In this document: piece by piece, positions 12,672-23,998 of the stretch | Numbering within the stretch: position 1 is the stretch's first letter | Layout of the letters: the number at the start of each line of letters is the position of its first letter | Assembly: GCA_973895155.1 (NCBI GenBank) | Contig: OZ316891.1 | Coordinates: 11,716,771-11,780,770 of the forward strand | DNA: 64,000 bases | From: Marsupella aquatica | Lineage: Eukaryota > Plantae > Marchantiophyta | Direction of reading: 5' to 3' | Notes under the pieces: generated by a model | Told to the model about the DNA's origin: nothing | Seen by the model: the letters and a program-made list of their open reading frames with translations, nothing else | The model's database searches: none | Position numbers and translations under genes: made by a program

Positions 12672-15600
12672 CACTAGAAGAATCCGAGGTGAACTGAGAC
12701 CGCAATATATGACTCATTTTGGCTCATGTGACTTCATTGTGACTCAATGTGACTTGACCCACGCTGTGACCCTTGGAGTTGCAAAAGTTGAGACCAAAAA
12801 ATGGAAGTCACTATTGATACTGGGCTTTGCAACTTGCTTGATACCCATTTGTGACTGATCTGTGACTTTATTGTGGAGTCTAGCCTTGTTTCGACGTGAC
12901 TGCAATATGACTTCAGCGAGTCACATCGTAAGTCACATACATGACTTACCCGCATTCAACAACGACTAGCGTGTGACTATTTAGTGTCACAGGAGAGACC
13001 AATGGAGACCCTGGCCCGCGTCACACAACAGAACCATTTGGGACTCTATATACTCATGTTTATAACTAATAAGGTTCACATGCAAGTTATAACCATGACT
13101 AATGAACACAGAGGGACAGTTCATAAGGAGAGAGAGCACTCGACATTACAATACATAGAAACCTGATGTTCTAACTTTAGAAATATAACACATTGAATAC
13201 AAGAAATGAACATAGCATGAATGACATCCACATGAAACAAAGCATCATATAAGCAGATCCTACATAAAACATTCATAAGAATTAAACACAATCACAATCT
13301 TGCTAAAAAATGAAGATCATTTGAATTCCAATGGAATAGTTTACAATGTGATCAATGTAATTTAGACAAAACAGGAACTCATAATTGATGACTGTAGGAT
13401 GAGATAACTGAAAGCACATGCATGATACTATGAATCTCCAAGAGGACATGATTCTTGTACTGTTTCTTGACATCTAAAATCTACATAACATGACTCACAC
13501 TACAAACAAATAATGGCATGACATTGTTATGGATCCTCTATGAACTTGCTTGGCCATAATACCAAAGAACCTGCAGCATCTCCAAGTGTCTTTTGAGGAG
13601 GATCATCATTTGTGTTTGGAATGGGAAGGACAACTTTAGGTTTCACTAGTAATGTGACTAACACTACTGAATAACCTGGGGGAATCCTCTTGCCATGGAA
13701 CGTTGTGGAACCAACCTGCACTCTGGCAAATCCTACTCGTGTTCCACTCTCATCAACAGCTAACAAGCCACTTTGTCCCTCAGCATTAGGTGCTTTCCCC
13801 ACTTCCACCTTAGATCTTTCTGCCAGCACTGTTCTTGGAGGTTTGTATGAAACCTTTGACGTGGCTCTGCTCCCACCAGCAGACTTGCTTCGTGTGCGCA
13901 TGCTTCCTCTCTTCACAGTAGTGAAGCTAGGCTCAGTAGGTTCCTCTGTTAGGACTGTCACAGTAGCAGGTTCATCACCTGGGAGTGTCATACCAACTAA
14001 CTCTTTGGTTGGATTTATCTCAACAAGAGGCACACCTGTCATTGAGAATGATACATTCTGCAAATCATTTATCTCTGCAATGGAGTCAAGATCTACATAG
14101 CATGAATCTGGCTCAATGGTATCATTGTCATGCTTGCTGATATCCTCATTTGCCCCAACATTGATATCATCCACTCCCTTGCCAATGTCATCCTCATCCA
14201 AACATGGTTGACTGCCCTCTGTCAAACAAGTTGCTTGTACAGACTGCAACTTTGTTGCCTCTAAATTACAGCGAGTATTTGCCAGGTTCTCATACTTCTT
14301 CTCTGTAGCACCTGTCTTATTCTCTATGGACACAACAACCACAATATATGTTACTGAAAATAACACATTCAACAAACAATGTCAATTCAAACTGTACATT
14401 TAATAATCATATCCCACACAGTTGTAAAGGCCTTACCTTCAAGCCTACATGTCGTTGGCATGCCAGAAGAGTGCATCGACTTTGCCACCTCAAGTGGTGA
14501 TGGTGGAACTCCTGCAGAATTGGAATCAATTTTATCTCTCACCGACACAACAGCTTCCATTAATGTCTTGAAGTTCACATGGAACAAGTCAGTCAATGAA
14601 TTCAAACGTTCATTGATCTCTGGAAGACATGTTTCGACAGCCTTCAAACGACCACTTATCTCTGTAAGTGAAGATCCACCTCCCTACATGACACAGGGGT
14701 ATAGGTTCAATCACTCCATATGAAATGTTGGGCAATATATGCACAATCAATGTTATATACAGTGTACACCTGAAATTCAACGCAGGTCATTCAATTACCA
14801 ATCAGAACTCATATAACTTACATGCTTGGAGGATTCAGATGCACCCTCTTGAGCCCGGGTGTTCACAATTTCAGCCCTCAACTCTTCTTTTGAAGGGCTT
14901 TGCCCCAATTGGGCTTTCTGCACATGCATGGCAAACACAAGTTATCGATCAATATTCAGGGAACGTACACTAAAAAACAAAGTTTACATGTATGGGTTTA
15001 CACTAAAAAATAGTACATAGTGTAGCATAAATTACATAGCTAGGCCATTCATTCTTACCAAACGTTTAGCTGTCGGTGCAGTGCCGGTCCTTCCTGTTAG
15101 ATTAGGGTTCTGAACACTCAACCTGGCCTCGGTCATCTGTGAACTCTTCTTTTTTGAAGCATCTGTTACAAAATAAGCTACTAACCTTGCCCACACTTTA
15201 TCATCACAACTGGCTGGTGGAGGCATATCTGGCTTCTCCCCACCTTCCTTCCAAGCCTTATGCATTCTCCACCTCTCTTGCTTGATAATTTTACCTGCTG
15301 TACTCTCTAGGCAACCTATGTCCACGCCATCATCACTGCCCACATAATTCCATTTGGCAGCAACATTTTCACATACAGTCTTCCAATCTTTTGGATGCTG
15401 TTTTTTAAAATTAATAACACTCACATCTAACCAACGCAATACTTCAGCTTTCAAATCAGCATGCCATCGGTTCTTGCGAGGACACTCAGCATCCACCCAT
15501 TGTCTCTCATTCAACTTTACGTTCCCTTTCTTTGTCACCTCCCCTCGTGCACTGCTCTCGGTAGTACTGGGCGTTGTATTGGCCACCCCTTCATTCACCC

Positions 15601-16176
15601 TACTTGGGGTTCTGAAGCCACCTGGGAAAATACAATGCCATTCATGCTTGAGAACTACATATAGCAGAATGGATGACGGCAACATTCAATGCTTCACTTC
15701 AAGAAAAATTCTTCAAACATACATACCTGTAGCTCTGCCTGTAGATGCCTGTGCAGGGACTGCACTCTGAAATTGTTGCGACCCTGGACCACCTGTCCAG
15801 CCTAGTACAGGGGCCGGATGATGTCACTTTCTAGGTATGTGTGTGCAAACATATGTACTGAAAACTAAGTACAAACTGTAGGAAAACAACTGAACATTCA
15901 CCGACATACCTGTCCCCCTTCCGTGCTGCATCTGCATAGGGGCATTAGTGAATACTTGAGTTGATGGTTCGACTGTCCAACCTGCACACATACATTTTCT
16001 ATCATTATACATGTGCAGAGTCCCCCCCACATGAATGGACTCCACATATAATGAGTTCTTCCATTGCTGACAAGATCAGACATTACCTGCTCCTCTTCCA
16101 GCGTTTGTAGGTACTGAATTTTGATATCCCTGCCAATTACCTTCACCACCTTCCCAACCTTGTTCATTCCACGACC

Positions 16177-16651
16177 TGTTGAGCATAGACGACGATCGCA
16201 ACGGCAAGCCCATGAACCATCCAACGCACAATAGTCGACACAAGAGATACGTGGTTCACCTCCTTGAGGCTACGTCCACGGGAACACACAAGAGAGCTTT
16301 ACTGAACTCTAAGCCCGTCGGCTATACCGAGTCTCCACAGTGTAAGCTCTCCCTATCTCTCAAGTGGCTCCATAACAATGAGCCTTGGTTCTACCTCTCC
16401 AAGCACACATGCCTCTTATGATATAGTGTGCAACTTAGTTGTACCTAACCACATAGTTGTACCTAACCACATAGTTGTACCTAATCACGTAGTTGTACCT
16501 AACCACATAGTTGTACCTAATCACGTAGTTGTACCTAACCACATAGTTGTACCTAATCACGTAGTTGTACCTAACCACGTAGTTGTACCAACCCACGTTG
16601 TTGTACCAACCACGTCATACCTAACCTAGACGTAAGAGTAAATACCCAACA
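16177..16651 (-). repeat. Copia 3' LTR with about 10 copies of an 18-bp unit (tagttgtacctaaccaca)
   Basis: Direct repeat of 22305-22779; internal array at about 16436-16625. Confidence 0.95.
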
Positions 16652-16842
16652 ATCTTCCCCTTGACTCTGGTCTAGGGGAGAGTAATACTGCCAATGTATA
16701 TGATCCCTCAGCGGGAAGTTCTGGACAGAAACCAAACCGGTTTCCCTCTCTAACTAGAGCAAACCAGAACTAAGCCGTAGCCTAATACATAGGAATGAGG
16801 AAGAGCATATATCAGTAATTACAATGAATGTTTAAGAAAACT

Positions 16843-19800
16843 CTACTTGTGATGCAATTGCAAAACCTGCAATACGTCACGGTGTCTAGAGAAACTCTCC
16901 AAAGGAATCACTTTGGTAAATGCGTCAGCCGGGTTGAGTTTACCATCAATCTTGACTAGCTCAAACAATTTATCAGACACAGCCTGCCTGATAAAATGGT
17001 ACCTGACGTCAATGTGCTTCACTCTGCTGTCCATCACCTGGTTCACAGCAAGGTGGAGCGCACTTTGACTATCACAATGGAGCTTCACATTCCCCTGTGG
17101 CAATCCCATTTCAGTGATAAGTCTATCCAACCAAATCGCTTCCTTTGCTGCTTCCGCAGCTGCAACATACTCCGCTTCTGTAGTAGACTGAGCAATACAC
17201 TTCTGCAAAGTAGACCTCCAACTTATGCATCCACCGCCAAGTGTGAACACGTATCCTGTTGTTGATCTCCTTCGGTCCAAATCTTGTCCATAGTCAGAAT
17301 CTACATAGCCAATCAATGATCTAGCATTCTTTGCATTCGCATCAAATAAAAGACCATGATCCACGGTACCCTTCAAGTACCTGATAATCCACTTCACTGC
17401 TTCCCAGTGTACCTTCCCTGGATTCGACATGTACCTGCTCACCTTGCCCATAGCCATGGCAAGATCAGGTCTAGTGCAAGTCATCAAATACATGAGACTC
17501 CCCACTGCCTTGTCATATGGAACCTTTGACATCAACCCCTTCTCTGTGTCATCCGTAGGACAGAACGCTGATGATAACTTGAAGTGTGGAGCCAACGGGG
17601 TACTTACTGGCTTGCTATTCTCCATGTTGAACCTTGCAATTACCTTCCTCGCATAACTGCTCTGCGTCAACCATAGCTTGCCAGCCTCCAAGTCCCTAGT
17701 GATCTCCATACCCAAAATCCTCTTAGCTGGCCCTAAGTCCTTCATCTTAAACTCTGCACTAAGCAGTGCCTTGAGCTTAACAATCTCAGACCTATCCTTG
17801 GCTGCAATTAGCATGTCATCCACATAAAGTACTAAAACAATGAACCCAAAGACAACATTCTTCACCGGTTTCAAATACACACAAGGGTCAAATACACTTC
17901 TGTGAAAACCTTGTGACCGAATCCAATCGTCAAACCGCTTGTTCCACTGTCTTGGTGACTGCTTCAACCCATACAAGGATTTCAGCAATCTGCAAACCAA
18001 TTCCTCCTGTCCTCTCTTCACAAAACCTAGCGGTTGTCTCATGAAGATCACCTCTTCCAATGTGCCATAGAGGAAAGCTGTGACAACATCCATCTGATCT
18101 AGGAGCAGACCAAACATTACAACAAGTACACACAATAGTCGTATTGTAGAGTACTTAGCAACTGGTGAGAAGACCTCATTGTAATCCACACCTTTCTCTT
18201 GTGTGAATCCCTTTGCTACCAATCTAGCCTTGTAGACCTTCGATCCACCTCCTATGGAATTATCCTTCAGCTTGTAAATCCACTTGCTGTCCACCACTTG
18301 CTGACCCTTAGGCAGCTTAACAAGCTCCCAAGTTTTGTTGTCCTTTAGTGACTGCATCTCTGTTTGCATTGCTGCAGTCCACTTTTGCTTCTCCTTTGAA
18401 GCACTTGCCTCATGAAATGAAGAAGGTTCTCCTTCTTCCAAAATTAACGCATCACCCTCATCATCAGCTGTAAAATCATCCTCTTGCAGTTGAGATGAAT
18501 CAACCCACTGTCCATACCTTGATGGAGCGCGTACAGTGCGACCAGATGTTCTTCTAGCCGATGACTCCGGTTGATCTGCGTGTGCTGGTACAATTTGAAG
18601 CTCAACAGCATCCACTTGCTGCTCACCAGCATCAACAAACTCCTCTGGTTCCTCTGGCACAGGAACCAGCTCCATAATTGGAGCAACTCCTTCTCTCCGG
18701 TCATGCACCTCATAACCAATCTCCCCCTCAACGAGATCCGGGATAGGAGATTTTCTTTTGTCAGTACGGGAGACCTGAGTATTCTCCCCCTCCTTCAATA
18801 ATCTGGATTCATTGAAGGAAACATCCCTACTGACAACGAGCTTACAGGCAATAGGATCCCATAGCCTATAGGCTTTCACACCACTCTGGTACCCAAGAAA
18901 AATACATTTCCTGGAGGTAGGATCCAACTTGGTCCTATTCTGCTTTGGTGTGAGAGCATATGCATCACTTCCAAAAATTACCAAGCCATGATAGTCTGCT
19001 TGCCGCTTATAGCGCATCTCAAACGGCGTTTTGAAATTGATAGCACTAGAAGGAGAAAGATTTACCAAATAAGCTGCGGTATTGACAGCTTCTGCCCAAA
19101 ATTCTTGTGGTAAACCTGATTGGCTCAACATACTCCGTGACCACTCCAACAGTGTCCGATTGAGCCTCTCAGCGACACCATTCTGCTGCGGAGTATAAAC
19201 TGTGGTGAGATGGCGAGTTATCCCCTGTTCTGAACAGTACTCTTCAAATTCCATTGAAGTGTACTCCCCGCCGTTGTCTGACCTCAAACTCTTCACCCTT
19301 GTATCCAAACACTTGATCGTGTTTCCAGTCTGATTCTCCACCTGGGCCTTCCATTTCTTAAAAATGGACAAGACATTAGACTTATGCATCATGAAATAAA
19401 TCCACACAAATCTTGAGTAATCATCAATAAATGATACATAGTACAACTTTCCAGAGTGTGAGGGAGTCGGGGATGGACCCCACACGTCACTATGTATGTA
19501 CTCAAGAACCGCTTTGGAACGATGAGTTCCAACACCAAAAGCACGACGATGCTGCTTTCCAAGAATGCAATGCTCACAAAACTCTAATTTACAAGATTGC
19601 AAATCAGAAATGAGTCCATTCTTCCGTAAGATAGCCAAACCCTTCTCACTCATGTGGCCTAGCCGTGAATGCCACAGTTGAGTCATCTCCTCGTGAGACT
19701 TGGTTACATTGGCCTCTCCACATACAGTATTGCCCTGTAACACATACAAATTCTTTTGTCTACTCCCCTTCAAAATCACTGTCTCTCCCGACCTGACTTG

Positions 19801-20070
19801 AAGTTCACCATCAATAACGCTCCATTGATGACCATTTGAATCCAACACACCGAGTGAAATCAGATTCTTACGCATGCCAGGTACATACCTGACTCCGGAC
19901 ACTGTGCGCACAGCGCCATCAAACATTTGAATCTTCACAAACCCAATTCCCTCAATTTGACAGGAGTGATCATTTCCCATCAGAACTGAACCGTTTGAAA
20001 TAGAGTAAGAACTGAAAAACTCACGAATGTAACAAATATGAAAAGAGCAAGCACAATCAAGAATCCACAC
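16843..20070 (-). CDS. pol: Copia pol (protease, GAG-pre-integrase, integrase, RT, RNase H)
   Basis: WILDCACSFH (protease-site variant), LWHSRLGH, HSDVWGP, SDNGGEY, PQQNGVAER, YKARLVAKG, LYVDDM, GYVDSD, KHIDVRYHF; uninterrupted ORF. Confidence 0.95.
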   Translation of the reverse strand: MWILDCACSFHICYIREFFSSYSISNGSVLMGNDHSCQIEGIGFVKIQMFDGAVRTVSGVRYVPGMRKNLISLGVLDSNGHQWSVIDGELQVRSGETVILKGSRQKNLYVLQGNTVCGEANVTKSHEEMTQLWHSRLGHMSEKGLAILRKNGLISDLQSCKLEFCEHCILGKQHRRAFGVGTHRSKAVLEYIHSDVWGPSPTPSHSGKLYYVSFIDDYSRFVWIYFMMHKSNVLSIFKKWKAQVENQTGNTIKCLDTRVKSLRSDNGGEYTSMEFEEYCSEQGITRHLTTVYTPQQNGVAERLNRTLLEWSRSMLSQSGLPQEFWAEAVNTAAYLVNLSPSSAINFKTPFEMRYKRQADYHGLVIFGSDAYALTPKQNRTKLDPTSRKCIFLGYQSGVKAYRLWDPIACKLVVSRDVSFNESRLLKEGENTQVSRTDKRKSPIPDLVEGEIGYEVHDRREGVAPIMELVPVPEEPEEFVDAGEQQVDAVELQIVPAHADQPESSARRTSGRTVRAPSRYGQWVDSSQLQEDDFTADDEGDALILEEGEPSSFHEASASKEKQKWTAAMQTEMQSLKDNKTWELVKLPKGQQVVDSKWIYKLKDNSIGGGSKVYKARLVAKGFTQEKGVDYNEVFSPVAKYSTIRLLCVLVVMFGLLLDQMDVVTAFLYGTLEEVIFMRQPLGFVKRGQEELVCRLLKSLYGLKQSPRQWNKRFDDWIRSQGFHRSVFDPCVYLKPVKNVVFGFIVLVLYVDDMLIAAKDRSEIVKLKALLSAEFKMKDLGPAKRILGMEITRDLEAGKLWLTQSSYARKVIARFNMENSKPVSTPLAPHFKLSSAFCPTDDTEKGLMSKVPYDKAVGSLMYLMTCTRPDLAMAMGKVSRYMSNPGKVHWEAVKWIIRYLKGTVDHGLLFDANAKNARSLIGYVDSDYGQDLDRRRSTTGYVFTLGGGCISWRSTLQKCIAQSTTEAEYVAAAEAAKEAIWLDRLITEMGLPQGNVKLHCDSQSALHLAVNQVMDSRVKHIDVRYHFIRQAVSDKLFELVKIDGKLNPADAFTKVIPLESFSRHRDVLQVLQLHHK

Positions 20071-20115
20071 ATCATCTGCTCTCCTAGATGACGTGCACAG
20101 GGCATACCCCCGGCT

Positions 20116-21150
20116 TCATAAAACATACTCATCATTGAGTAAATCAGCTTCTCCATCAGCCCTAGCCACATTTGCCGATGAAGTTTCCGCTGCCTTTCCC
20201 TTACAGTCTCGCTTGAAGTGTCCAACTTGGTTGCACTTCCAACATGTCACCTGCCTCCTCTGAGGGGATTTACCCTTGGACTTAGATCTGGATTTAGATC
20301 TAAACTGGGTTCTACGGTCCCCAGTTGGTCGCTGCATACTCCTCCCACGGTTAACATTGAGGGCAGCACCAGATGATGAAGGCTGTGACGTGATGTGCAT
20401 CTTCTGCTGAAGATCATCACTAAGCAGAGAACTTACCACGTCATTGTATGAAATGGTATCCCTATCACGATGCAACAACACTCGTGATAGGGACTGGTAA
20501 GATGGAGGCAATGAACTAAGAAGCTGCAGAGCCTTCGTCTCATCATTCAAAGTCTCCCCAAGGTTTTCCAAGTCAACGACCATGTCGTTGAAAGCATCCA
20601 CATGGTCTTGCAACTTCGTACCAGATTCCTTCATCCTGAAACTCATCAGTTTGTAGGAAGTGTAGAGCCGGTTCGACAACTCCTTGCGGTGATACTTGCT
20701 CTGCAATTCCGCAAATAAGGACATGCAATCCTTATGTGCACCCAACTGCTTGATGATGGGAGGCATGAGATAGAGTGTAACACACCACACTCCCTGCTCC
20801 TGCATGCGGTCCCATTGTTTCTCATCAACATCGTCTTCACGAGGGCTCAGCAGTTGGCCCATCCCTGACGCATAAAGCACTCCCTTCACCTGCTTCTCCC
20901 ATAGCAAGTAGTCAGAGCGCCCATCATACTTTGTCACTTCATACTTGGGTCCCCCAAGCTTGAAAGTCCCCATCTTCTTCTTTACCGTGAGCTCCGGTAG
21001 TAGTACTGCTTCCTCCACCACACGCCGCACCGGTGATGGTATCGGTGTCACGTGCTCTTCCTCCTGCTCCTCTCTCTGCCCCTGAAACCTCCGCGGTGAC
21101 CCTCGTGCTTCAAGTTCCACGTCTTCGAAAAACTCCTCCGAATCACTCAT
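20116..21150 (-). CDS. gag: Copia gag (UBN2-like capsid plus CCHC zinc knuckle)
   Basis: KYDGRSDYLLW, LLSSLPPSY, CWKCNQVGHFKRDC. Same frame as pol, separated by one TGA. Confidence 0.92.
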   Translation of the reverse strand: MSDSEEFFEDVELEARGSPRRFQGQREEQEEEHVTPIPSPVRRVVEEAVLLPELTVKKKMGTFKLGGPKYEVTKYDGRSDYLLWEKQVKGVLYASGMGQLLSPREDDVDEKQWDRMQEQGVWCVTLYLMPPIIKQLGAHKDCMSLFAELQSKYHRKELSNRLYTSYKLMSFRMKESGTKLQDHVDAFNDMVVDLENLGETLNDETKALQLLSSLPPSYQSLSRVLLHRDRDTISYNDVVSSLLSDDLQQKMHITSQPSSSGAALNVNRGRSMQRPTGDRRTQFRSKSRSKSKGKSPQRRQVTCWKCNQVGHFKRDCKGKAAETSSANVARADGEADLLNDEYVL

Positions 21151-22304
21151 ATGAGAAAGTCACAAAAAATGTTGTTTTTCACAACTTCTCAAAAAACTCG
21201 AAACTCAACACCGCCGCGTAGCCCACAAAGCTAGGAGTCCAATACTGAAAACCGAAATCAAAATCGAAATTTGACGGAAAAGTTATTCAAATTTCGGTCG
21301 AGGTGGGTAAAACCTTGGGAAACTCCCCCGTTTTGACCACCTCAGGGAATAACCGAAATACCAAGTACAACCCGTTGTCGGAATTGCGATGTGATTGGTG
21401 CGCTGCATTGCCAACTTCAATGGCTACGACCTCGTCGAAAAATAACCAAAAAAGTTACCGTTCGGTGGATGAAATCTTTGTCGGACGGTCAAAAAATAGC
21501 TCTCTGGTTTTTTGGAATATTCTATGACCCTTGTACAGGCCCTGTGGGAATTTTGGAAGAACAATCGAGGGGATGACATGTGTCCTCGAACCCCCAAAAC
21601 CCCCTACCACCCTTCGTCGTCGAAATCTGGTCGCGCGCGCAGAAAATACACATGGCAGAATGTACCCCTCGACACCAAACGCAAGATATCTCACTCGGGT
21701 TTTGACTAAATCAAGATCCGATTTCAGATTTGGAAACTAGACTCCGAGGCGATGAAGATCGATATAAGAAGCACCCAAAACGAGGAAAGAACGAGGGAGA
21801 AAAAAATTGGTAAAGATGACAGATTTCTCTCAATTGCCATAGCCAATTTCGAATCAGTTTTTCAAAGAGAAAAAAATGGTACCTTGTCAACAACGAATGT
21901 TGATCAATTGCACTTGGTGTCGTCACCAAGTCCAACAAGGTAATTGATTTTGCTTAGCCTTCCTCTTTGCATCAAAGAGCCAATCCCGGACTCAAAAACA
22001 ATCGTCTTGCCTCAATCTCTCCGTTGAGTCAAAACACTTGACGCTTCTCCCTCCGAGTCGATTGCCAACTTTCTTCACAAAATCCAGAACGACGAAAACT
22101 TAGATCTCTCTGCACCACGAGCTCCGTTCAACGATTTCTTCACACCGTTAGAAAGCTCTTGCCCTGATCTATCCGTTGAGCCCATAAACTCCAAGTTCCA
22201 TGCGATGGAACTCTGGAAAATCCACCAACACTCAACGCTGGAAAAACCGTCATGAAATCCCGTCACGAACACACGTCACCTCCCAAGCATGCTCTGATAC
22301 CAAT

Positions 22305-22779
22305 TGTTGAGCATAGACGACGATCGCAACGGCAAGCCCATGAACCATCCAACGCACAATAGTCGACACAAGAGATACGTGGTTCACCTCCTTGAGGCTA
22401 CGTCCACGGGAACACACAAGAGAGCTTTACTGAACTCTAAGCCCGTCGGCTATACCGAGTCTCCACAGTGTAAGCTCTCCCTATCTCTCAAGTGGCTCCA
22501 TAACAATGAGCCTTGGTTCTACCTCTCCAAGCACACATGCCTCTTATGATATAGTGTGCAACTTAGTTGTACCTAACCACATAGTTGTACCTAACCACAT
22601 AGTTGTACCTAATCACGTAGTTGTACCTAACCACATAGTTGTACCTAATCACGTAGTTGTACCTAACCACATAGTTGTACCTAATCACGTAGTTGTACCT
22701 AACCACGTAGTTGTACCAACCCACGTTGTTGTACCAACCACGTCATACCTAACCTAGACGTAAGAGTAAATACCCAACA
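22305..22779 (-). repeat. Copia 5' LTR
   Basis: Adjacent to the PBS; matches 16177-16651. Confidence 0.95.
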
Positions 22780-23998
22780 CGACCCACCACCATCCTCCCA
22801 ACCTGGTTCAACCCATGTCTGTCCTTGTGGACATTGGAACTGATCATTACTAGCATTTGCCCAATCAGGTTGGGCAGAATCTGCATGCAATGGCAGGTGG
22901 ACAGAATTTCATGTTGTCTGAATCCAATACATCCCAAACAATGTCAAAAATTGATATGCAGTCTGAAATTCAGGAGTGCCATGCCTTCACAAAGAACTGG
23001 CATATAGATATATACTCACATCCCCATGGTTGAGGTGGACGTCCATACCCACGAGATTGTGGGTTTGGACCTGCTCTGCCTCTACCACGGGCATAACCTA
23101 GAGCTTGCCCCCTGCCATAGTATTGGGCACCAGCCTGGGATCTACCACTACTACCACCTCGCCAACCTTGATCAGAGGTCAGCCCCCCCTGCTGGTATGG
23201 TGCATGCACAGGCTTTGAAGGCAAAACAGAACTGGCAGGACACTGCATCACATCACCAACTACAATGTCAGGAACTAAGCAAGGTACATATGTGTAGTAC
23301 TGAACATATGAAACCTCTAAACAAGAGTTTTTAACTCAAAAACCTTGTTGGGAAAACTACTTACATGTTTCTTTTGGGGCTGCTCTGCAATGTATTCATC
23401 TTCATAACCCCCATCCTCATCCATTTCCTCTGGAAAATACTCATCATCTGCATCTTCTTGTCTAGTGTCTGCACCCACCTGTGCAGCATCAATGTCATCT
23501 CCACATTCTGCCATTGTAGGTACGACCTTCTTGCTCAACCTGTCACTCCGACGTACAGGCCCAGAGATAGTGCTGGTCACCCTTCTTGCGTATTCCTTTT
23601 GTTTCTTTGAAAATGCTGTGGCTCTGCGACATTCCAATATGAGAATACAGTCACAATTTCAGTGCCACATTGAACTATTCATGTCACACAAACTCAGCGG
23701 AGGGGTGTAGTTGAGAATCGTTCCCTTACAATTCAGCCACATCCTTTTCCAGATCCAGTTCTGCGATTTTGGCTTTCACGTATGCTCGTTGTTCCATAGC
23801 TTTCCTTTCATACTCACACATCTCTGTGTCACTCTGTTCCATCCTACTGGACCACAAAAACATGTCATCTATGGTCACCCCGTATAACACAATGCAACCA
23901 CAATCACCAGGCATCCATCCATACATCTGTGCTGCTTCAGAATTACTTTATTACACATCCTTCCCCTCACTAATGTCCATGCAAACAATTCATATTAC

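Larger units (their letters stand above)
16177..22779 (-). mobile_element. Ty1/Copia LTR retrotransposon, full length, recent
   Basis: Two 475-bp TG...CA LTRs that look identical by eye. TSD cgacc at 16172-16176 and 22780-22784. tRNA-iMet PBS (tggtatcagagc on minus, 22291-22302). PPT next to 16652. Domain order gag-PR-IN-RT-RH. Confidence 0.97.
13527..23850 (-). pseudogene. Multi-exon TnpA-like gene of the inner CACTA, interrupted by the Copia insertion
   Basis: Exon at about 15058-15621 resembles Transposase_24 (WKTVCENVAAKWNY...KVWARLVAYF...KKKSSQMTEAR...TGRTG). Last exon ends with FHGKRIPPGYSVVLV...LPIP...TLGDAAGSLVLWP, typical of CACTA ORF2 C-termini. G/Q/R-rich small exons lie at 22785-23850 and 15727-16176. 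Confidence 0.65.

Noticed and set aside
16378-16629. ORF with VVPNHI repeats (also 22506-22757); the array could be mistaken for CRISPR or a repeat protein
   Set aside because: It is the translation of an 18-bp LTR minisatellite with no unique spacers.
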